The position numbers and the translations under genes were made by a program. From Alphaproteobacteria bacterium (GTDB lineage Bacteria > Pseudomonadota > Alphaproteobacteria > MPNO01), in NCBI GenBank assembly GCA_965248835.1, contig CBDFLJ010000001.1, forward strand, positions 1,280,001-1,344,000: a stretch of DNA of 64,000 bases, given 5' to 3'. The first letter of the stretch is position 1. The number at the start of each line of letters is the position of its first letter. Positions 49,036-59,635 of this stretch are shown in pieces. Below the pieces are notes generated by a model, which saw only the letters and a list, made by a program, of their open reading frames with translations, was not told the DNA's origin and did not search any database.

Positions 49036-50198
49036 CACCGGCTGGCAAGGCCCCGGTGCTCGGCTGCGCCGTCGAGGAAGCCCGACAAGGTCGCCTGGAA
49101 CACCGGCTCGTCCAGCAGGAACGCGTCGTGTCCCTTGTCGCTCTCGACCTCCACGAAGCTGACATTGGCGGCCACCGCATTCAGCGCGCGCACCACGTCG
49201 CGGCTCTCGCTGGTCGGGAACAGCCAGTCGCTGGTGAAGGATATGACGCAGAACCTGACGGTCGAGTCGGTGAACGCCTTGGCCAGCACCCCGCCATGCT
49301 CGCGCGCCAGGTCGAAATAGTCCATCGCCCGGGTGATGTAGAGATAGGAGTTCGCATCGAACCGCTCGACGAAGCTGCTGCCCTGGTGGCGCAGATAGCT
49401 CTCGACCTGGAAGTCGGCCTCGAAGCCGAAGCTCAGCGCATCGCGCCCCTGCAGCCGGCGGCCGAACTTGCGGTGCAGCGCCGCCTCGGACAGGTAGGTG
49501 ATGTGCGCGGCCATGCGGGCCACCGCCAGGCCCCGCGTCGGCGTCTTGCGGTGCTGCAGATAGGCGCCGTTGCACCAGTCGGGGTCGGCGATGATCGCCT
49601 GGCGGCCGACCTCGTGCAGCGCGATGTTCTGGGCGGAATGGCGCGCCGCGCAGGCGATCGGCACCGCAGCGAACACGCGGTGGGGATAGCGTGCGGCCCA
49701 TTCCAGCACCTGCATCCCGCCCATCGAGCCGCCGATGACGCAGAACAACGTCTGGATGTCCAGATGGTCGAGCAGCCGGGCCTGGGCGCGGACCATGTCG
49801 GAGACCGTGATGAACGGGAAATCGATGCCGTAGGGCGTGCCGGTCTCAGGGTTGACGTCCATCGGGCCGGTGGTGCCCATGCAGCCGCCGAGCACGTTGG
49901 CGCAGATCACCAAATAGCGGTCGGTATCGAGCACCTTGCCCGGTCCGACCATGGTGTCCCACCAGCCAGGCTTGCCGGTGATCGGGTGCGGGTCGGCGAC
50001 GAACTGGTCGCCGCTGAGTGCATGACAGACCAGGATCGCGTTGGAGCGCTCGGGATTCAACGTCCCATAAGTCTGGTAGGCGACCGTGAACGGCCCGAGC
50101 TCAACGCCGCAATCCAGGCGCAACGGTTTCTCGGTCGCAAGGCGGACATGCGCGCCGGGCAATTCGGATCCGGCAACGGACACACTCTGATTGTACAC
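49035..50198 (-). CDS. metX: Homoserine O-acyltransferase MetX
   Basis: [20 protein letters not shown] and GHDAFLL motifs; start uncertain (GTG 50198 chosen). Confidence 0.92.
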   Translation of the reverse strand: MYNQSVSVAGSELPGAHVRLATEKPLRLDCGVELGPFTVAYQTYGTLNPERSNAILVCHALSGDQFVADPHPITGKPGWWDTMVGPGKVLDTDRYLVICANVLGGCMGTTGPMDVNPETGTPYGIDFPFITVSDMVRAQARLLDHLDIQTLFCVIGGSMGGMQVLEWAARYPHRVFAAVPIACAARHSAQNIALHEVGRQAIIADPDWCNGAYLQHRKTPTRGLAVARMAAHITYLSEAALHRKFGRRLQGRDALSFGFEADFQVESYLRHQGSSFVERFDANSYLYITRAMDYFDLAREHGGVLAKAFTDSTVRFCVISFTSDWLFPTSESRDVVRALNAVAANVSFVEVESDKGHDAFLLDEPVFQATLSGFLDGAAEHRGLASR

Positions 50199-50251
50199 CG
50201 GCAGGCTCTTCCCCGTTCTGACCAACGCTCCCCGAAACGTCGTTGGGCTCG

Positions 50252-50281
50252 ATTGTAACCAAAGCCGCGTCTGGTTATAAG
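50252..50281. promoter_or_regulatory. Symmetric overlapping divergent promoters (TTGTAA-17-TATAAG on +; TTATAA-17-TACAAT on -)
   Basis: AT-rich inverted repeat TTGTAACCA/TGGTTATAA between metX and chorismate mutase. Confidence 0.45.
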
Positions 50282-50359
50282 TCGCAAGGATGGCACAGTG
50301 TTTCCCGGGCGGAAACCGTGCCGCGCAGTTTCGCAGGGGTAAGGGAGCGACCGGTCGCG

Positions 50360-51259
50360 ATGGTCGAGGCCACGGAGTCGCTTGGGCAGGTGCGTGAGCA
50401 CATCGACATGCTCGACGACCGGATCCACGATCTGATCATGGAGCGCACCTCGCTGGTCCAATCGGTGATCCGGGCGAAGGCGGACGACCGCGCGCCGGCC
50501 TACCGGCCGGGGCGCGAGGCCCGCATCCTCCGCCGGCTGGTCGGACGCCACCAGGGCCGGTTTCCGCTGCTTTCGCTGATCCATCTGTGGCGCGAGATCA
50601 TCGCCGCCTCGCTCGGGCTCCAGGGCGGATTCGCGGTGGCGGTGCACGCCGGCGAAGGCACCGGCGACTACCGCGGCCTCGCGCGCGACCATTTCGGCGC
50701 AGCGACGCCGATCACGCTGCACCGGACCCATGCCGGGGTGGTCAACGCGGTCACCGGGGGCAGCGCCGCCGCCGGCATCCTGCCGTTCCCGAACGAGGGC
50801 CAGGCCGAGCCGTGGTGGCCGCGTCTGCTGCATGCCGGCGGCCCCTCGATCGTCGCCAGGCTTCCCTTCGCACCCCTGCCGGCGCACTCCGCGGAGACCG
50901 ACAATGCTTTGGTCGTCGCGATGAGCAGGCCCGAGCCGTCCGGTGACGACCGCAGCTTCGTTGCGCTGCGGACCGGCTCGGCGAGCAGCCGGACACGGGT
51001 CAACGATGCCTTCAAGACGCTCTCGCTCGAGCCGACCATGATGCTGTCCCTGGACGAGACCGCCGACGATCCGGAGGCGTCGCTGTTCCTGGTCGAGCTC
51101 GACGCCTTCATCGAGCCCGAGGATTCGCGCATCGCCGCCCTGCTTGCCGATCTCGACGGATCGGCGCCTGGGATCCGGGTGCTCGGCGCCTATGCCAGGC
51201 CGTTCACTCGGGCTGAGCCCAACGAGGGGTCGCCCGCCCGCGGTGCGGGGCTTCCGTGA
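50360..51259 (+). CDS. Chorismate mutase with a C-terminal PDT-like region (alphaproteobacterial type)
   Basis: [25 protein letters not shown] and ARDHFG motifs; ends VLGAYARP; upstream of hisC-tyrC. Confidence 0.85.
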   Translation: MVEATESLGQVREHIDMLDDRIHDLIMERTSLVQSVIRAKADDRAPAYRPGREARILRRLVGRHQGRFPLLSLIHLWREIIAASLGLQGGFAVAVHAGEGTGDYRGLARDHFGAATPITLHRTHAGVVNAVTGGSAAAGILPFPNEGQAEPWWPRLLHAGGPSIVARLPFAPLPAHSAETDNALVVAMSRPEPSGDDRSFVALRTGSASSRTRVNDAFKTLSLEPTMMLSLDETADDPEASLFLVELDAFIEPEDSRIAALLADLDGSAPGIRVLGAYARPFTRAEPNEGSPARGAGLP

Positions 51260-52344
51260 GCGGGCCAGCGCCCCGGCCCGGCATCCTCGACATCGCGCCC
51301 TACGTTCCAGGCGAGTCCAGCATCCCGGGCCGGAGCGAGGTCATCAAGCTGTCCTCGAATGAGGGCGCGCTGGGGCCGAGCCTCGCCGCGCTCGCCGCCT
51401 ACCACGAGGCGGCCGGGGACATCCACCGCTATCCCGACGGCAATGCGACCGCCCTGCGCGCGGCGATCGGGGCGCGTTACGGGCTCGATCCGGACCGGAT
51501 CGTTTGCGGCACGGGCTCGGACGAGCTGCTTTATCTGCTGGCCAGGGCCTATGCCGGGCCGGGCGACAGGATCCTCACCCACGCCCATGCCTTCGTGATG
51601 TACCGGCTGATCGCCCATTCGGTCGGCGCGCAGAGCGTCGAGGCGCCGGAGAGGGCGCTGACCGCAGACGTCGATGCGTTGCTCGCCCATGCCGGGCCCG
51701 GGACGCGCATCGTTTATATCGCCAACCCCAACAACCCGACCGGGACGTTCATCGACGCCGACGGCCTCGCCCGGCTGCGCGCCGGCCTGCCCGCGGACAC
51801 GCTGCTGGTGATCGATTCGGCCTATGCCGAATACGTCACCCGCAACGACTACGCTGCCGGCGAGGCGCTGGTCGATGCCGGCGAAAACGTGGTCATGACC
51901 CGGACCTTCTCCAAGATCTACGCCCTGGGCGGGGTGCGGCTGGGCTGGGCCTATTGTCCGCCGGCGATCGCCGATGTGCTGAACCGGCTGCGTCCGCCGT
52001 TCAATGTCGCCAGCCCGGCCCAGGCTGCCGGCATCGCCGCCGTCGAGGACACCGCCTTCATCGCCAGGTCGCGGGACCACAACGCGGTCTGGCTGCCCTG
52101 GATCACCGAGCGGGTTCATGCCGCGGGCCTGAAGACCACGCCCAGCATCGCCAATTTCATCCTGGTCGAGTTCCCTGAAACGCCCGGCCGCAACGTCGAG
52201 GCGGCGCTGCGCTTCCTCACCGGCCGCGGCATCATCCCGCGCCGGGTGGACGGCAACCGGCTGCCTCACCACCTGAGGATCACCATCGGCACGGAGGTCG
52301 AGATGCGCGCCCTGGCCGATGCGGTCGACGCGTTCGCGGCCTGA
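51256..52344 (+). CDS. hisC: Histidinol-phosphate aminotransferase
   Basis: KLSSNE, NPNNPTG, DSAY and RTFSKIYALGGVRLG (PLP Lys) motifs. Confidence 0.93.
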   Translation: MSGPAPRPGILDIAPYVPGESSIPGRSEVIKLSSNEGALGPSLAALAAYHEAAGDIHRYPDGNATALRAAIGARYGLDPDRIVCGTGSDELLYLLARAYAGPGDRILTHAHAFVMYRLIAHSVGAQSVEAPERALTADVDALLAHAGPGTRIVYIANPNNPTGTFIDADGLARLRAGLPADTLLVIDSAYAEYVTRNDYAAGEALVDAGENVVMTRTFSKIYALGGVRLGWAYCPPAIADVLNRLRPPFNVASPAQAAGIAAVEDTAFIARSRDHNAVWLPWITERVHAAGLKTTPSIANFILVEFPETPGRNVEAALRFLTGRGIIPRRVDGNRLPHHLRITIGTEVEMRALADAVDAFAA

Positions 52345-52347
52345 GAA

Positions 52348-53259
52348 ATGACCCAGGACGTGCTGTTCCGGCGGATCGCGCTGATCGGAATCGGACTGAT
52401 CGGCTCCTCGCTCGCCCGGGTGGTCAAGCGCGACGGCCTTGCCGGCCATGTCGTGGCGTGCGCCCGCACCGCGGCCACCTTGGAGGCCGCGACCCGGCTG
52501 GGGATCGCCGATTCCACCACCCACGATCCCGCCGAGGCCGCAAGCGGTGCGGACCTGGTGATCCTCTGCACACCGATCGGCAGCTATGGCGCGATCGCCA
52601 AGGCGATGGCGCCGAAGCTCGCGCCCGGGGCGATCGTCTCCGACGTCGGCTCGGTCAAGGGCGCGGCCATCGATGCGGTGCGCCCGCATCTGCCGGCAGG
52701 CGTCCACCTGGTGCCCGGCCACCCGATCGCCGGCACCGAGAACTCGGGGCCCGATGCGGGCTTCGACACTCTGTTCGAAGGCCGCTGGTTCTTGATCACA
52801 CCGCCCGAGGGCACCGACCCGGACGCGGTCGAGCGCGTGGCCGCGCTGTGGCGCCGCGCGGGCAGCCAGATCGCGGTGATGGATGCCGGCCACCACGACC
52901 ACGTGCTGGCGATCACCTCGCACATCCCGCACCTGATCGCCTATACCATCGTCGGCACCGCGACCGATCTCGAAGACCACCTGAAGGCCGAGGTGATCAA
53001 GTTCTCCGCCGCCGGATTTAGGGACTTCACGCGGATCGCGGCCTCCGACCCGGTGATGTGGCGCGATGTCTTCCTCAACAACCGGGAGGCGGTGCTGGAG
53101 ATGCTGGGCCGGTTCACCGAGGACCTCTCGGCCCTGCAACGCGCGGTCCGCATCGGCGACGGCGCGACGCTGGAAGCGCTGTTCACCAGGACGCGCGAGA
53201 TCCGCCGCGGCGTCGTGGCAGCCCAGCAGCACATCCCGCCTGCGCCGGAGGAGAAATAG
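52348..53259 (+). CDS. tyrC: Cyclohexadienyl (prephenate/arogenate) dehydrogenase
   Basis: GIGLIGSS, DVGSVK, GHPIAGTE, SHIPH and GFRDFTRIA motifs. Confidence 0.9.
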   Translation: MTQDVLFRRIALIGIGLIGSSLARVVKRDGLAGHVVACARTAATLEAATRLGIADSTTHDPAEAASGADLVILCTPIGSYGAIAKAMAPKLAPGAIVSDVGSVKGAAIDAVRPHLPAGVHLVPGHPIAGTENSGPDAGFDTLFEGRWFLITPPEGTDPDAVERVAALWRRAGSQIAVMDAGHHDHVLAITSHIPHLIAYTIVGTATDLEDHLKAEVIKFSAAGFRDFTRIAASDPVMWRDVFLNNREAVLEMLGRFTEDLSALQRAVRIGDGATLEALFTRTREIRRGVVAAQQHIPPAPEEK

Positions 53260-53298
53260 CCCGGCGCCTTCCGACAAGCTTCAGATGAGGGCATACCG

Positions 53299-54192
53299 AT
53301 GAGCGCCGGCGGGCGGACGCCGTTATGGGTTGCTGCGACTCCGGGGGTGTTCGTGCTGCTCTGGGCGTCGGGCTTCCCGATCACCCGGCTGGGGCTCGCC
53401 TACGCCGAGCCGTTCACGCTGCTGGCCTTGCGCTCGGTGCTCAACGTCCTGCTGGTGCTGGCGATCCTGCCGTTCGTGTCCGTCCGCTGGCCGGCGACCT
53501 GGCGCGAGGCGGGCCACATCGCTGTCTCCGGGTTCCTGCTGCAATCGGCCTATCTCGGCTGCATCTTCGTCAGCCTGGGCGAAGGGGTCTCGCAGGGTGC
53601 GGTCGCGCTGATCGCCGGCATGCAGCCGATCCTGACGGCGATCCTGGTCGGTCACTTGCTGGGCGAGCGGATCGTAAGGCTGCAATGGATCGGCTTCCTG
53701 CTCGGCTTCGGCGGGCTCGCCTGCGTGATGATCGAGCGAATCCAGTTCGGCACCGGAACGACGCTCGGCTACTGCGCGGCCGCCGCCACGCCGGTGCTGA
53801 TCACCGCGGCCTCGCTCTACCAGAAACGGTTCTGCTCCGGCATGGACCTGCGCAGCGGGATGATCATCCAGCACTCCACGGTGTTTGTGACCAACGGCCT
53901 CCTCGCGCTCCTGCTCGAGACCCGCACGGTCATCGTCTCGGTCGAGCTCGCGTTTGTGCTGCTGTGGCTGGTGCTCTTCCTGTCGGTCTCGGCCAACAAC
54001 CTCTACTACGTCATGTTGCGGCGCGGCGCGGCAGGCCGGGTCTCGAGCTTGTTCTACCTCACGCCGCCGGCCGCGGTCGTGTTGGGCTACCTCACCTTTG
54101 GCGAGACCTTCGGGGCGACGGCGCTGGCCGGATTCGCCGTGGCTGCGCTCGGGGTCGCGCTGGTAACCCGATCGGGCGGCGGCACCCCATGA
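53299..54192 (+). CDS. DMT/EamA-family transporter
   Basis: Polytopic; EPFTLL..R, QPILT and SSLFYLTPP motifs. Confidence 0.85.
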   Translation: MSAGGRTPLWVAATPGVFVLLWASGFPITRLGLAYAEPFTLLALRSVLNVLLVLAILPFVSVRWPATWREAGHIAVSGFLLQSAYLGCIFVSLGEGVSQGAVALIAGMQPILTAILVGHLLGERIVRLQWIGFLLGFGGLACVMIERIQFGTGTTLGYCAAAATPVLITAASLYQKRFCSGMDLRSGMIIQHSTVFVTNGLLALLLETRTVIVSVELAFVLLWLVLFLSVSANNLYYVMLRRGAAGRVSSLFYLTPPAAVVLGYLTFGETFGATALAGFAVAALGVALVTRSGGGTP

Positions 54193-55055
54193 CCGGCCAT
54201 CGCCTGTTTCTGGCCGCATCCCCGCTGATCTTCGCGCTGACCTGGAGCACCGGGAACATTTTCGCCAAGCTCGGCATCCCCTATGTCGAGCCGCTGACGT
54301 TCCTCGTGCTGCGTTTCTCCTTCGCTACCCTGATCCTCGCTTCCATCGCCTGGATCGCGCGTGCGCCGTGGCCCCGGACGTTCGGCGAGGCGGGCCATAT
54401 CGTCGTGGCCGGCTTTCTGTTTCATGCCGGCTACCTGTGGTCGGTGTTCGTCGCCGTCGACGAGGGCGTGGCGACCGGCACGCTGGCGCTGATGGCCGGG
54501 CTGCAGCCGCTGCTGACCGCGCTGGTCGTCGGTCGGGCGCTGGGCGAGCGGGTCGGGTACCGTCAATGGCTTGGACTGTTGCTGGGCTTCGTCGGGGTCG
54601 CCATGGTGGTCTGGCGCAAGGTCGCGATCGCCGAGGGCACCGATTTCGGCATGGTGCTCGGCATGACCGGGATGGTCTCGCTGACCGCCGGCGCGATCTA
54701 CCAGAAGCGGTTCTGCGCGGACATGGACCTCCGCAGCGGCACGGCGCTGCAGCAGGCGATGAACGCGCTGGCGACGCTGGGCCTGGTCCTGCTGCTCGAG
54801 ACCAGGACGATCGAATGGACGGGTGAGCTCGTGCTCTCGATCGGCTGGCTGGTGATCGTGCTCACCGTCGGCGCCTATAATCTGCTCTTCTACCTGCTGC
54901 GGCTCGGCCAGGCCTCGCGCGTGGCGAGCCTGTTCTACCTCACCCCTCCGGTGACCGCGGTGATGGGCTATTTCATGTTCGGCGAGACCATGGGCGGGCT
55001 GGCGCTGGTCGGCATGGCGCTGGCGGTGCTGGGCTTCGCGCTGGCCTCGCGATGA
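54189..55055 (+). CDS. DMT/EamA-family transporter (paralog)
   Basis: ATG 54189 overlaps the previous stop; EPLTFL..R, QPLLT and ASLFYLTPP motifs. Confidence 0.85.
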   Translation: MTGHRLFLAASPLIFALTWSTGNIFAKLGIPYVEPLTFLVLRFSFATLILASIAWIARAPWPRTFGEAGHIVVAGFLFHAGYLWSVFVAVDEGVATGTLALMAGLQPLLTALVVGRALGERVGYRQWLGLLLGFVGVAMVVWRKVAIAEGTDFGMVLGMTGMVSLTAGAIYQKRFCADMDLRSGTALQQAMNALATLGLVLLLETRTIEWTGELVLSIGWLVIVLTVGAYNLLFYLLRLGQASRVASLFYLTPPVTAVMGYFMFGETMGGLALVGMALAVLGFALASR

Positions 55056-55585
55056 AGATCCGCTTCGAAGGAAGCGGCGAGGTCTGGGTGTTCGCCTACG
55101 GCTCCCTGATGTGGGACCCGGGCTTCGCCTTCGCCGAGGCGGCAAAGGCGCGGCTGTGGGGCTATCACCGCGCGTTCTGCGTGGACTCGCTGGTCTACCG
55201 CGGCACGCCCGAGGCACCGGGCCTGGTGCTGGGGCTCGACCGCGGCGGCTCGTGCACCGGCATCGCCTATCGGATCGCCGCTACCGACCGCTACGCGGCC
55301 GCGTCCTACCTCGCCCGGCGCGAGCTCGCCGAGGATATCTATTTCTGCCGCCGGGCCGCGCTCGGGATCGGTGCCGGCCGCGTGCGCGGCTATGCCTTCG
55401 TGGTCGACCGCAGCAATCCGTTCTATGCAAGCCCGCTCAGTATCGAGGACCAGGCCGCACGGATCGCGGTCTGCCGCGGCGCGCGCGGCACCAACCTCGA
55501 CTACCTTCTGGAAACCGCCGCCCACCTCGCCGATCTCGGGATCGCCGACCGCGCCGTCGATGCGCTGCTCGCCCGTCTCCGCTAG
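55052..55585 (+). CDS. chaC: ChaC-family gamma-glutamylcyclotransferase
   Basis: WVFAYGSLMW, RGTPEAPGLVLGLD, RRE and G..G.N.DYL motifs. Confidence 0.88.
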   Translation: MKIRFEGSGEVWVFAYGSLMWDPGFAFAEAAKARLWGYHRAFCVDSLVYRGTPEAPGLVLGLDRGGSCTGIAYRIAATDRYAAASYLARRELAEDIYFCRRAALGIGAGRVRGYAFVVDRSNPFYASPLSIEDQAARIAVCRGARGTNLDYLLETAAHLADLGIADRAVDALLARLR

Positions 55586-55612
55586 GATGGGGCGATGACG
55601 GGGAGGCCGGAT

Positions 55613-57328
55613 ATGTCCGAACAAGGGCGCGGGCATTACGACTACATCATCATCGGCGGCGGCTCGGCCGGTTGCGTGCTGGCGAGCCGGTTGAGCGAGG
55701 CCTCGGCCGTCCGGGTGCTGCTGATCGAGGCCGGCGAGGACTTTCCGCCCGGCACCGAACCGGCCGGACTGCGCGATACCTTCGCCGGCGCCGCCCACGG
55801 CAATGACCGCTTCGTCTGGTCGGGCCTTGCCGCGACCTTCGAGCCAAAGCCGGGCAACGCTCCCGACGAGCGCCCGCGTCGGCGCTACATCCAGGGCCGG
55901 GTCATGGGCGGCGGCTCATCGGTCAACGGCATGGTCTCCAACCGCGGGCTGCCGAGCGACTACGCCGACTGGGTCGCGCGCGGCGCCGAAGGCTGGGCGT
56001 GGCAGGACGTGCTGCCCTACTTCAAGAAGCTGGAAACCGATATCGACCGCGACGGGACGCTCCACGGCGCGGACGGGCCGGTGCGGATCAGCCGCATCCC
56101 CGAGGCCCAATGGCCCGGCTTTTCCGCCGCCTTCATCGATGCCGCCGAGGCCGAGGGATTCCGCAACCTCGAAGACCAGAACGCCGCCTTCGAGGACGGT
56201 TATTTCCCGATTGCCGCCTGCACCGACGACGACCGGCGGATCTCGACCGCAACCGCCTATCTGACCCCCGAAGTCCGCGCCCGGCCAAATCTCACCATCC
56301 AGCCGCTGACGCTGGTCGAACGTCTGCTGTTCGACGGCCGCGCGGTGACCGGCGTCAAAGTGCATACCGAGGCCGGCGTCGAGGAAATCCGCGCCGGTGA
56401 GGTGGTGGTGTGTGCCGGCGCGCTCCACTCGCCGCCCCTGCTGCTGCGCTCGGGGGTGGGCCCGGCGGCCGAGCTGGCCGCGCTCGGCATCCCGGTCGTC
56501 CATGACCTGCCCGGCGTCGGCAAGCACCTGATGGAGCATCCCGGCGTCAATTTCGGGGCCACCATGAAACCCGGTGCGCGGCTGCGGGCCGGGCTGCGCC
56601 GACCGTTCTACGCCGGGCTGCGCTATTCGTCCGGGCTGGCGGGCTGTCCGGACGGCGATATGTATCTGATCCCGACGAACAAGTCGGCCTGGCATGCGGT
56701 CGGCGACCGGCTCGCGCTGATCATGCTGTGGGTCAACAAGTCCTATTCAACCGGCGAGGTCCGTCTGTCTTCGGCCGATTGGCGCGCCGAACCGGTGGTC
56801 GATTTCAACATGTGCTCGGACGAGCGCGACCTGGTCCGTCTGGTTGCGGGCACCCGGCTGATGGCCAGGCTCGCCGCCCATCCGGCCATCGCCGGGGCGG
56901 CCCATGAGGTGTTCCCGGTCAGCTATGGCGAGCGTGCGCGCCGGGTCGCGGTGTTCAGCCGCTCCAACCAGCTTCAGACCTGGATCGGCGCCCGGCTGAT
57001 GGATGCCGCGGGACCGATCCGGCGCTGGCTGTGCCGCACGCTGATCGCCGACGGCCCGACGGTCGCGGATCTGCTGGCCGACGAGCCCACACTGGTTGGC
57101 TGGGTGAAGCAGGCCGTCCTCGGCCACTGGCACGCCTCGTGCACCTGCCGCATGGGCGCGGCCGAAGATCCCGGCGCGGTGACCGATCCGGCCGGTCGGG
57201 TCCACGGGGTCGCCGGGCTCCGTGTGTGCGATGCCTCGATCATGCCGGCGGTGCCGTGCGCCAACACCAATATCCCGACGATTATGATCGGCGAGAAGAT
57301 CGCCGCTTCCATCCTGGCCGAAGCCTGA
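55613..57328 (+). CDS. GMC-family oxidoreductase
   Basis: GGGSAG, GGGSSVNG, WHASCTCRMG and ANTN motifs. Confidence 0.9.
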   Translation: MSEQGRGHYDYIIIGGGSAGCVLASRLSEASAVRVLLIEAGEDFPPGTEPAGLRDTFAGAAHGNDRFVWSGLAATFEPKPGNAPDERPRRRYIQGRVMGGGSSVNGMVSNRGLPSDYADWVARGAEGWAWQDVLPYFKKLETDIDRDGTLHGADGPVRISRIPEAQWPGFSAAFIDAAEAEGFRNLEDQNAAFEDGYFPIAACTDDDRRISTATAYLTPEVRARPNLTIQPLTLVERLLFDGRAVTGVKVHTEAGVEEIRAGEVVVCAGALHSPPLLLRSGVGPAAELAALGIPVVHDLPGVGKHLMEHPGVNFGATMKPGARLRAGLRRPFYAGLRYSSGLAGCPDGDMYLIPTNKSAWHAVGDRLALIMLWVNKSYSTGEVRLSSADWRAEPVVDFNMCSDERDLVRLVAGTRLMARLAAHPAIAGAAHEVFPVSYGERARRVAVFSRSNQLQTWIGARLMDAAGPIRRWLCRTLIADGPTVADLLADEPTLVGWVKQAVLGHWHASCTCRMGAAEDPGAVTDPAGRVHGVAGLRVCDASIMPAVPCANTNIPTIMIGEKIAASILAEA

Positions 57329-57347
57329 GCGCAGACGGAGAAAGCCG

Positions 57348-58193
57348 ATGAAGCTGATCAGCTACCGCCACCAGGGACGGGAAAGCTTCGGCGTCGTCAG
57401 GGACGGCGGGATCGTCGACATGACGGCGCGGCTGGACGGCGACTTCGCCGCGCTCAAGGACGCGATCGCCGGTCTCGGCCTGTCGCGGATCGAGGCGGCG
57501 GCAAAGGCCGCACCCGATATCGGCCTCGACGACGTCGAATGCATGTTCCCGATCACGACCCCGGAAAAGATCTTCTGCATCGGGCGCAACTACCGCGCCT
57601 ATCACGAGGTGCTGGAGGACGGCGGCCCGGAATGGCCGAGTGTTTTCGCCCGCTTCGCCTCCAGCTTCGCGGCCCACGGCGAGCCGATCCTCAAGCCCGC
57701 GGCTTCCGAGGAGCTCGACTTCGAGGGCGAGCTCGGCGCGATCATCGGCAAGCCCGGCCGCCATATCCCGAAAGAAGCCGCCTTCGACTACATCGCCGGC
57801 TATACCATCATCAACGAGGGCTCGGTCCGCGAATGGCAGCTTCGCGGTACCCAGAACTGCCCCGGCAAGAACTTCTATCGTTCCGGTGCGATCGGGCCGT
57901 GGATGGTCACCGCCGACGAGATCGCCGATACCACGGCACTCAGGATCATCACCCGGGTCGACGGCGAGGTCCGCCAGGACGGCGGCACCGACATGATGAT
58001 CTTCGACATCCCCTATCTGATCGCCCATATCTCCACCTTCACCTGGCTCGAACCCGGCGACATGATCGCGACCGGCAGCCCCGGCGGCTCGGCCATCGAG
58101 GATGACGAGCCGCGCTGGCTCCGCGCGGGCCAGGAGATCGCAGTCGAGATCGCGCCCATCGGCACGCTGAGGAACCCGATCCGCGACGAATAG
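57348..58193 (+). CDS. Fumarylacetoacetate hydrolase-family protein
   Basis: CIGRNY, LDFEGEL, GKNF and PGDMIATGSPGG motifs. Confidence 0.9.
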   Translation: MKLISYRHQGRESFGVVRDGGIVDMTARLDGDFAALKDAIAGLGLSRIEAAAKAAPDIGLDDVECMFPITTPEKIFCIGRNYRAYHEVLEDGGPEWPSVFARFASSFAAHGEPILKPAASEELDFEGELGAIIGKPGRHIPKEAAFDYIAGYTIINEGSVREWQLRGTQNCPGKNFYRSGAIGPWMVTADEIADTTALRIITRVDGEVRQDGGTDMMIFDIPYLIAHISTFTWLEPGDMIATGSPGGSAIEDDEPRWLRAGQEIAVEIAPIGTLRNPIRDE

Positions 58194-58203
58194 AGGCGGC
58201 ACG

Positions 58204-59226
58204 ATGTTCCTCAAGGATTGCTGGTATGTCGCGGCGTGGGACCACGAGGTCGCCGAGACGCCGCTCGCCCGGACGATCCTGGGCGAACCTGTGGTGCTGT
58301 ATCGCGCGCCCGACGGGACCGCGCTCGCGCTCGAAGACCGGTGCTGCCACCGCGCCCTGCCGCTTTCCCTGGGCACGCAAGTCGGCGATGGGCTGCAATG
58401 CGCCTATCACGGGCTTACCTTCGATCGTACCGGGGCGTGCGTCGCGGTGCCGGGACAGACGCGGGTCCCGCCCGGTGCCGGAGTCCGCGCCTATCCGCTG
58501 GTCGAGCGCTGGCGCTGGCTGTGGATCTGGATGGGCGATCTCGGCCGCGCCGATCCCGCCTTGATTCCGAACTGGTGGTGGCTCGATCATCCGGACTGGG
58601 AACTGGTCAAGGGCAAGCACCTCCACATCGCCTGCCATTACGAGCTGATCACCGACAACCTGCTCGACCTGTCGCATCTGGCCTATGTGCATCTGGCGAC
58701 CATCGGCACCGGCTCGATCACCGCGTTCCCCATCACCACCGAGCGCGAGGACGATCTGGTGCGCATGACGCGCTGGATCCTCGACCGGCCGCCGCCGCCG
58801 CTGTTCAAGACCGTCGGCGGCTTCGAGGGCACCGTCGACCGCTGGCAGATCGTCGAGACCCGCGCGCCATGCCATACGCTCATCTATGCCGGCGCCATCG
58901 CCGCCGGGACCATCGATCCCGTTCGGGGCGAGCCGGCCGGCGGCATCCACATCCGCAACGTCAACGCACCGACGCCGGAGACCGAGACCTCGACCTTCTA
59001 TTTCTACGGCCACGCGCGCGACTTCGCGGTGGGCGAGGAGGCGGTCTCGGCGACCATGTTCGAGCAGTTCGCCAGGACGTTCGACGAGGATGTCGAGATC
59101 CTCGAGGCACAGCAGGCCTCGCTTGTGCGCGACCCCGAAAGACCGCTCATCGACATCAACGTCGATGCACCGGGGCTGGCCGCACGCCGCATGCTGCGGG
59201 CGCGCCTCGAAGCCGAGCGCGGCTAA
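58204..59226 (+). CDS. Rieske non-heme iron oxygenase alpha subunit (VanA-like)
   Basis: CCHR...CAYHG Rieske motif; DNLLDLSHLAYVH iron site. Confidence 0.9.
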   Translation: MFLKDCWYVAAWDHEVAETPLARTILGEPVVLYRAPDGTALALEDRCCHRALPLSLGTQVGDGLQCAYHGLTFDRTGACVAVPGQTRVPPGAGVRAYPLVERWRWLWIWMGDLGRADPALIPNWWWLDHPDWELVKGKHLHIACHYELITDNLLDLSHLAYVHLATIGTGSITAFPITTEREDDLVRMTRWILDRPPPPLFKTVGGFEGTVDRWQIVETRAPCHTLIYAGAIAAGTIDPVRGEPAGGIHIRNVNAPTPETETSTFYFYGHARDFAVGEEAVSATMFEQFARTFDEDVEILEAQQASLVRDPERPLIDINVDAPGLAARRMLRARLEAERG

Positions 59227-59284
59227 AGCCTGTTCCGAACAAGCGCGAAGAGCCAATGATTTTCACTATGGAAGATTAAACGTC

Positions 59285-59313
59285 TTGACATGGCTCGGCG
59301 GCCTGTGCACGAT
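59285..59313 (+). promoter_or_regulatory. Putative sigma70 promoter TTGACA-17-CACGAT with extended TG and an AT-rich upstream region
   Basis: Consensus -35 at 59285-59290; no + strand CDS follows. Confidence 0.6.
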
Positions 59314-59319
59314 AGGTTG

Positions 59320-59635
59320 ACCGGGCCGTTGCGACCCGCGCGGCGGTCCGGGAGCGAAATCGGCTGGGAGGGTGCGACGCACATGGATCCGCCTGACGAG
59401 TTGCGCAGGCCCCGCGGCCCAGCGGGGCCACGGCCCGGCTGAGAGCTCGGTCCCGAGCCGGAAGGGCCGGTAAGCGACATAGATCGTCTCTCCACGGGTG
59501 AGCGGTGCGTGGGCCTGTACCGTGTCCGTGATGAAACGTCCGTCGAGCACGTCGGACGACGGCCCAAGAGGCCAATCAAAAGTGATCGACGAGCGGTCGG
59601 TCCCGCACCCCGCCGGCATCAAGCCGGCGGGGTTT
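59320..59635 (+). ncRNA. Putative structured non-coding RNA, family not recognised
   Basis: Own promoter; closing helix GGGCCGTTG (59323-31) / CGACGGCCC (59557-65); several internal hairpins; terminal hairpin; lies between convergent genes. Confidence 0.5.

Noticed and set aside
50199-50360. SAM riboswitch upstream of metX
   Set aside because: No recognisable SAM-II/SAM-alpha consensus, and the leader is too short.
59350-59405. Hammerhead-like words CTGACGAG and CGAAA in the putative ncRNA
   Set aside because: Stems II and III and the cleavage-site U could not be formed convincingly.
59383-59442. Short ORF MDPPDELRRPRGPAGPRPG* after GGGAGG
   Set aside because: It is 19 codons, low complexity and embedded in strong hairpins. 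It is not supported as a CDS, though a small peptide cannot be excluded.
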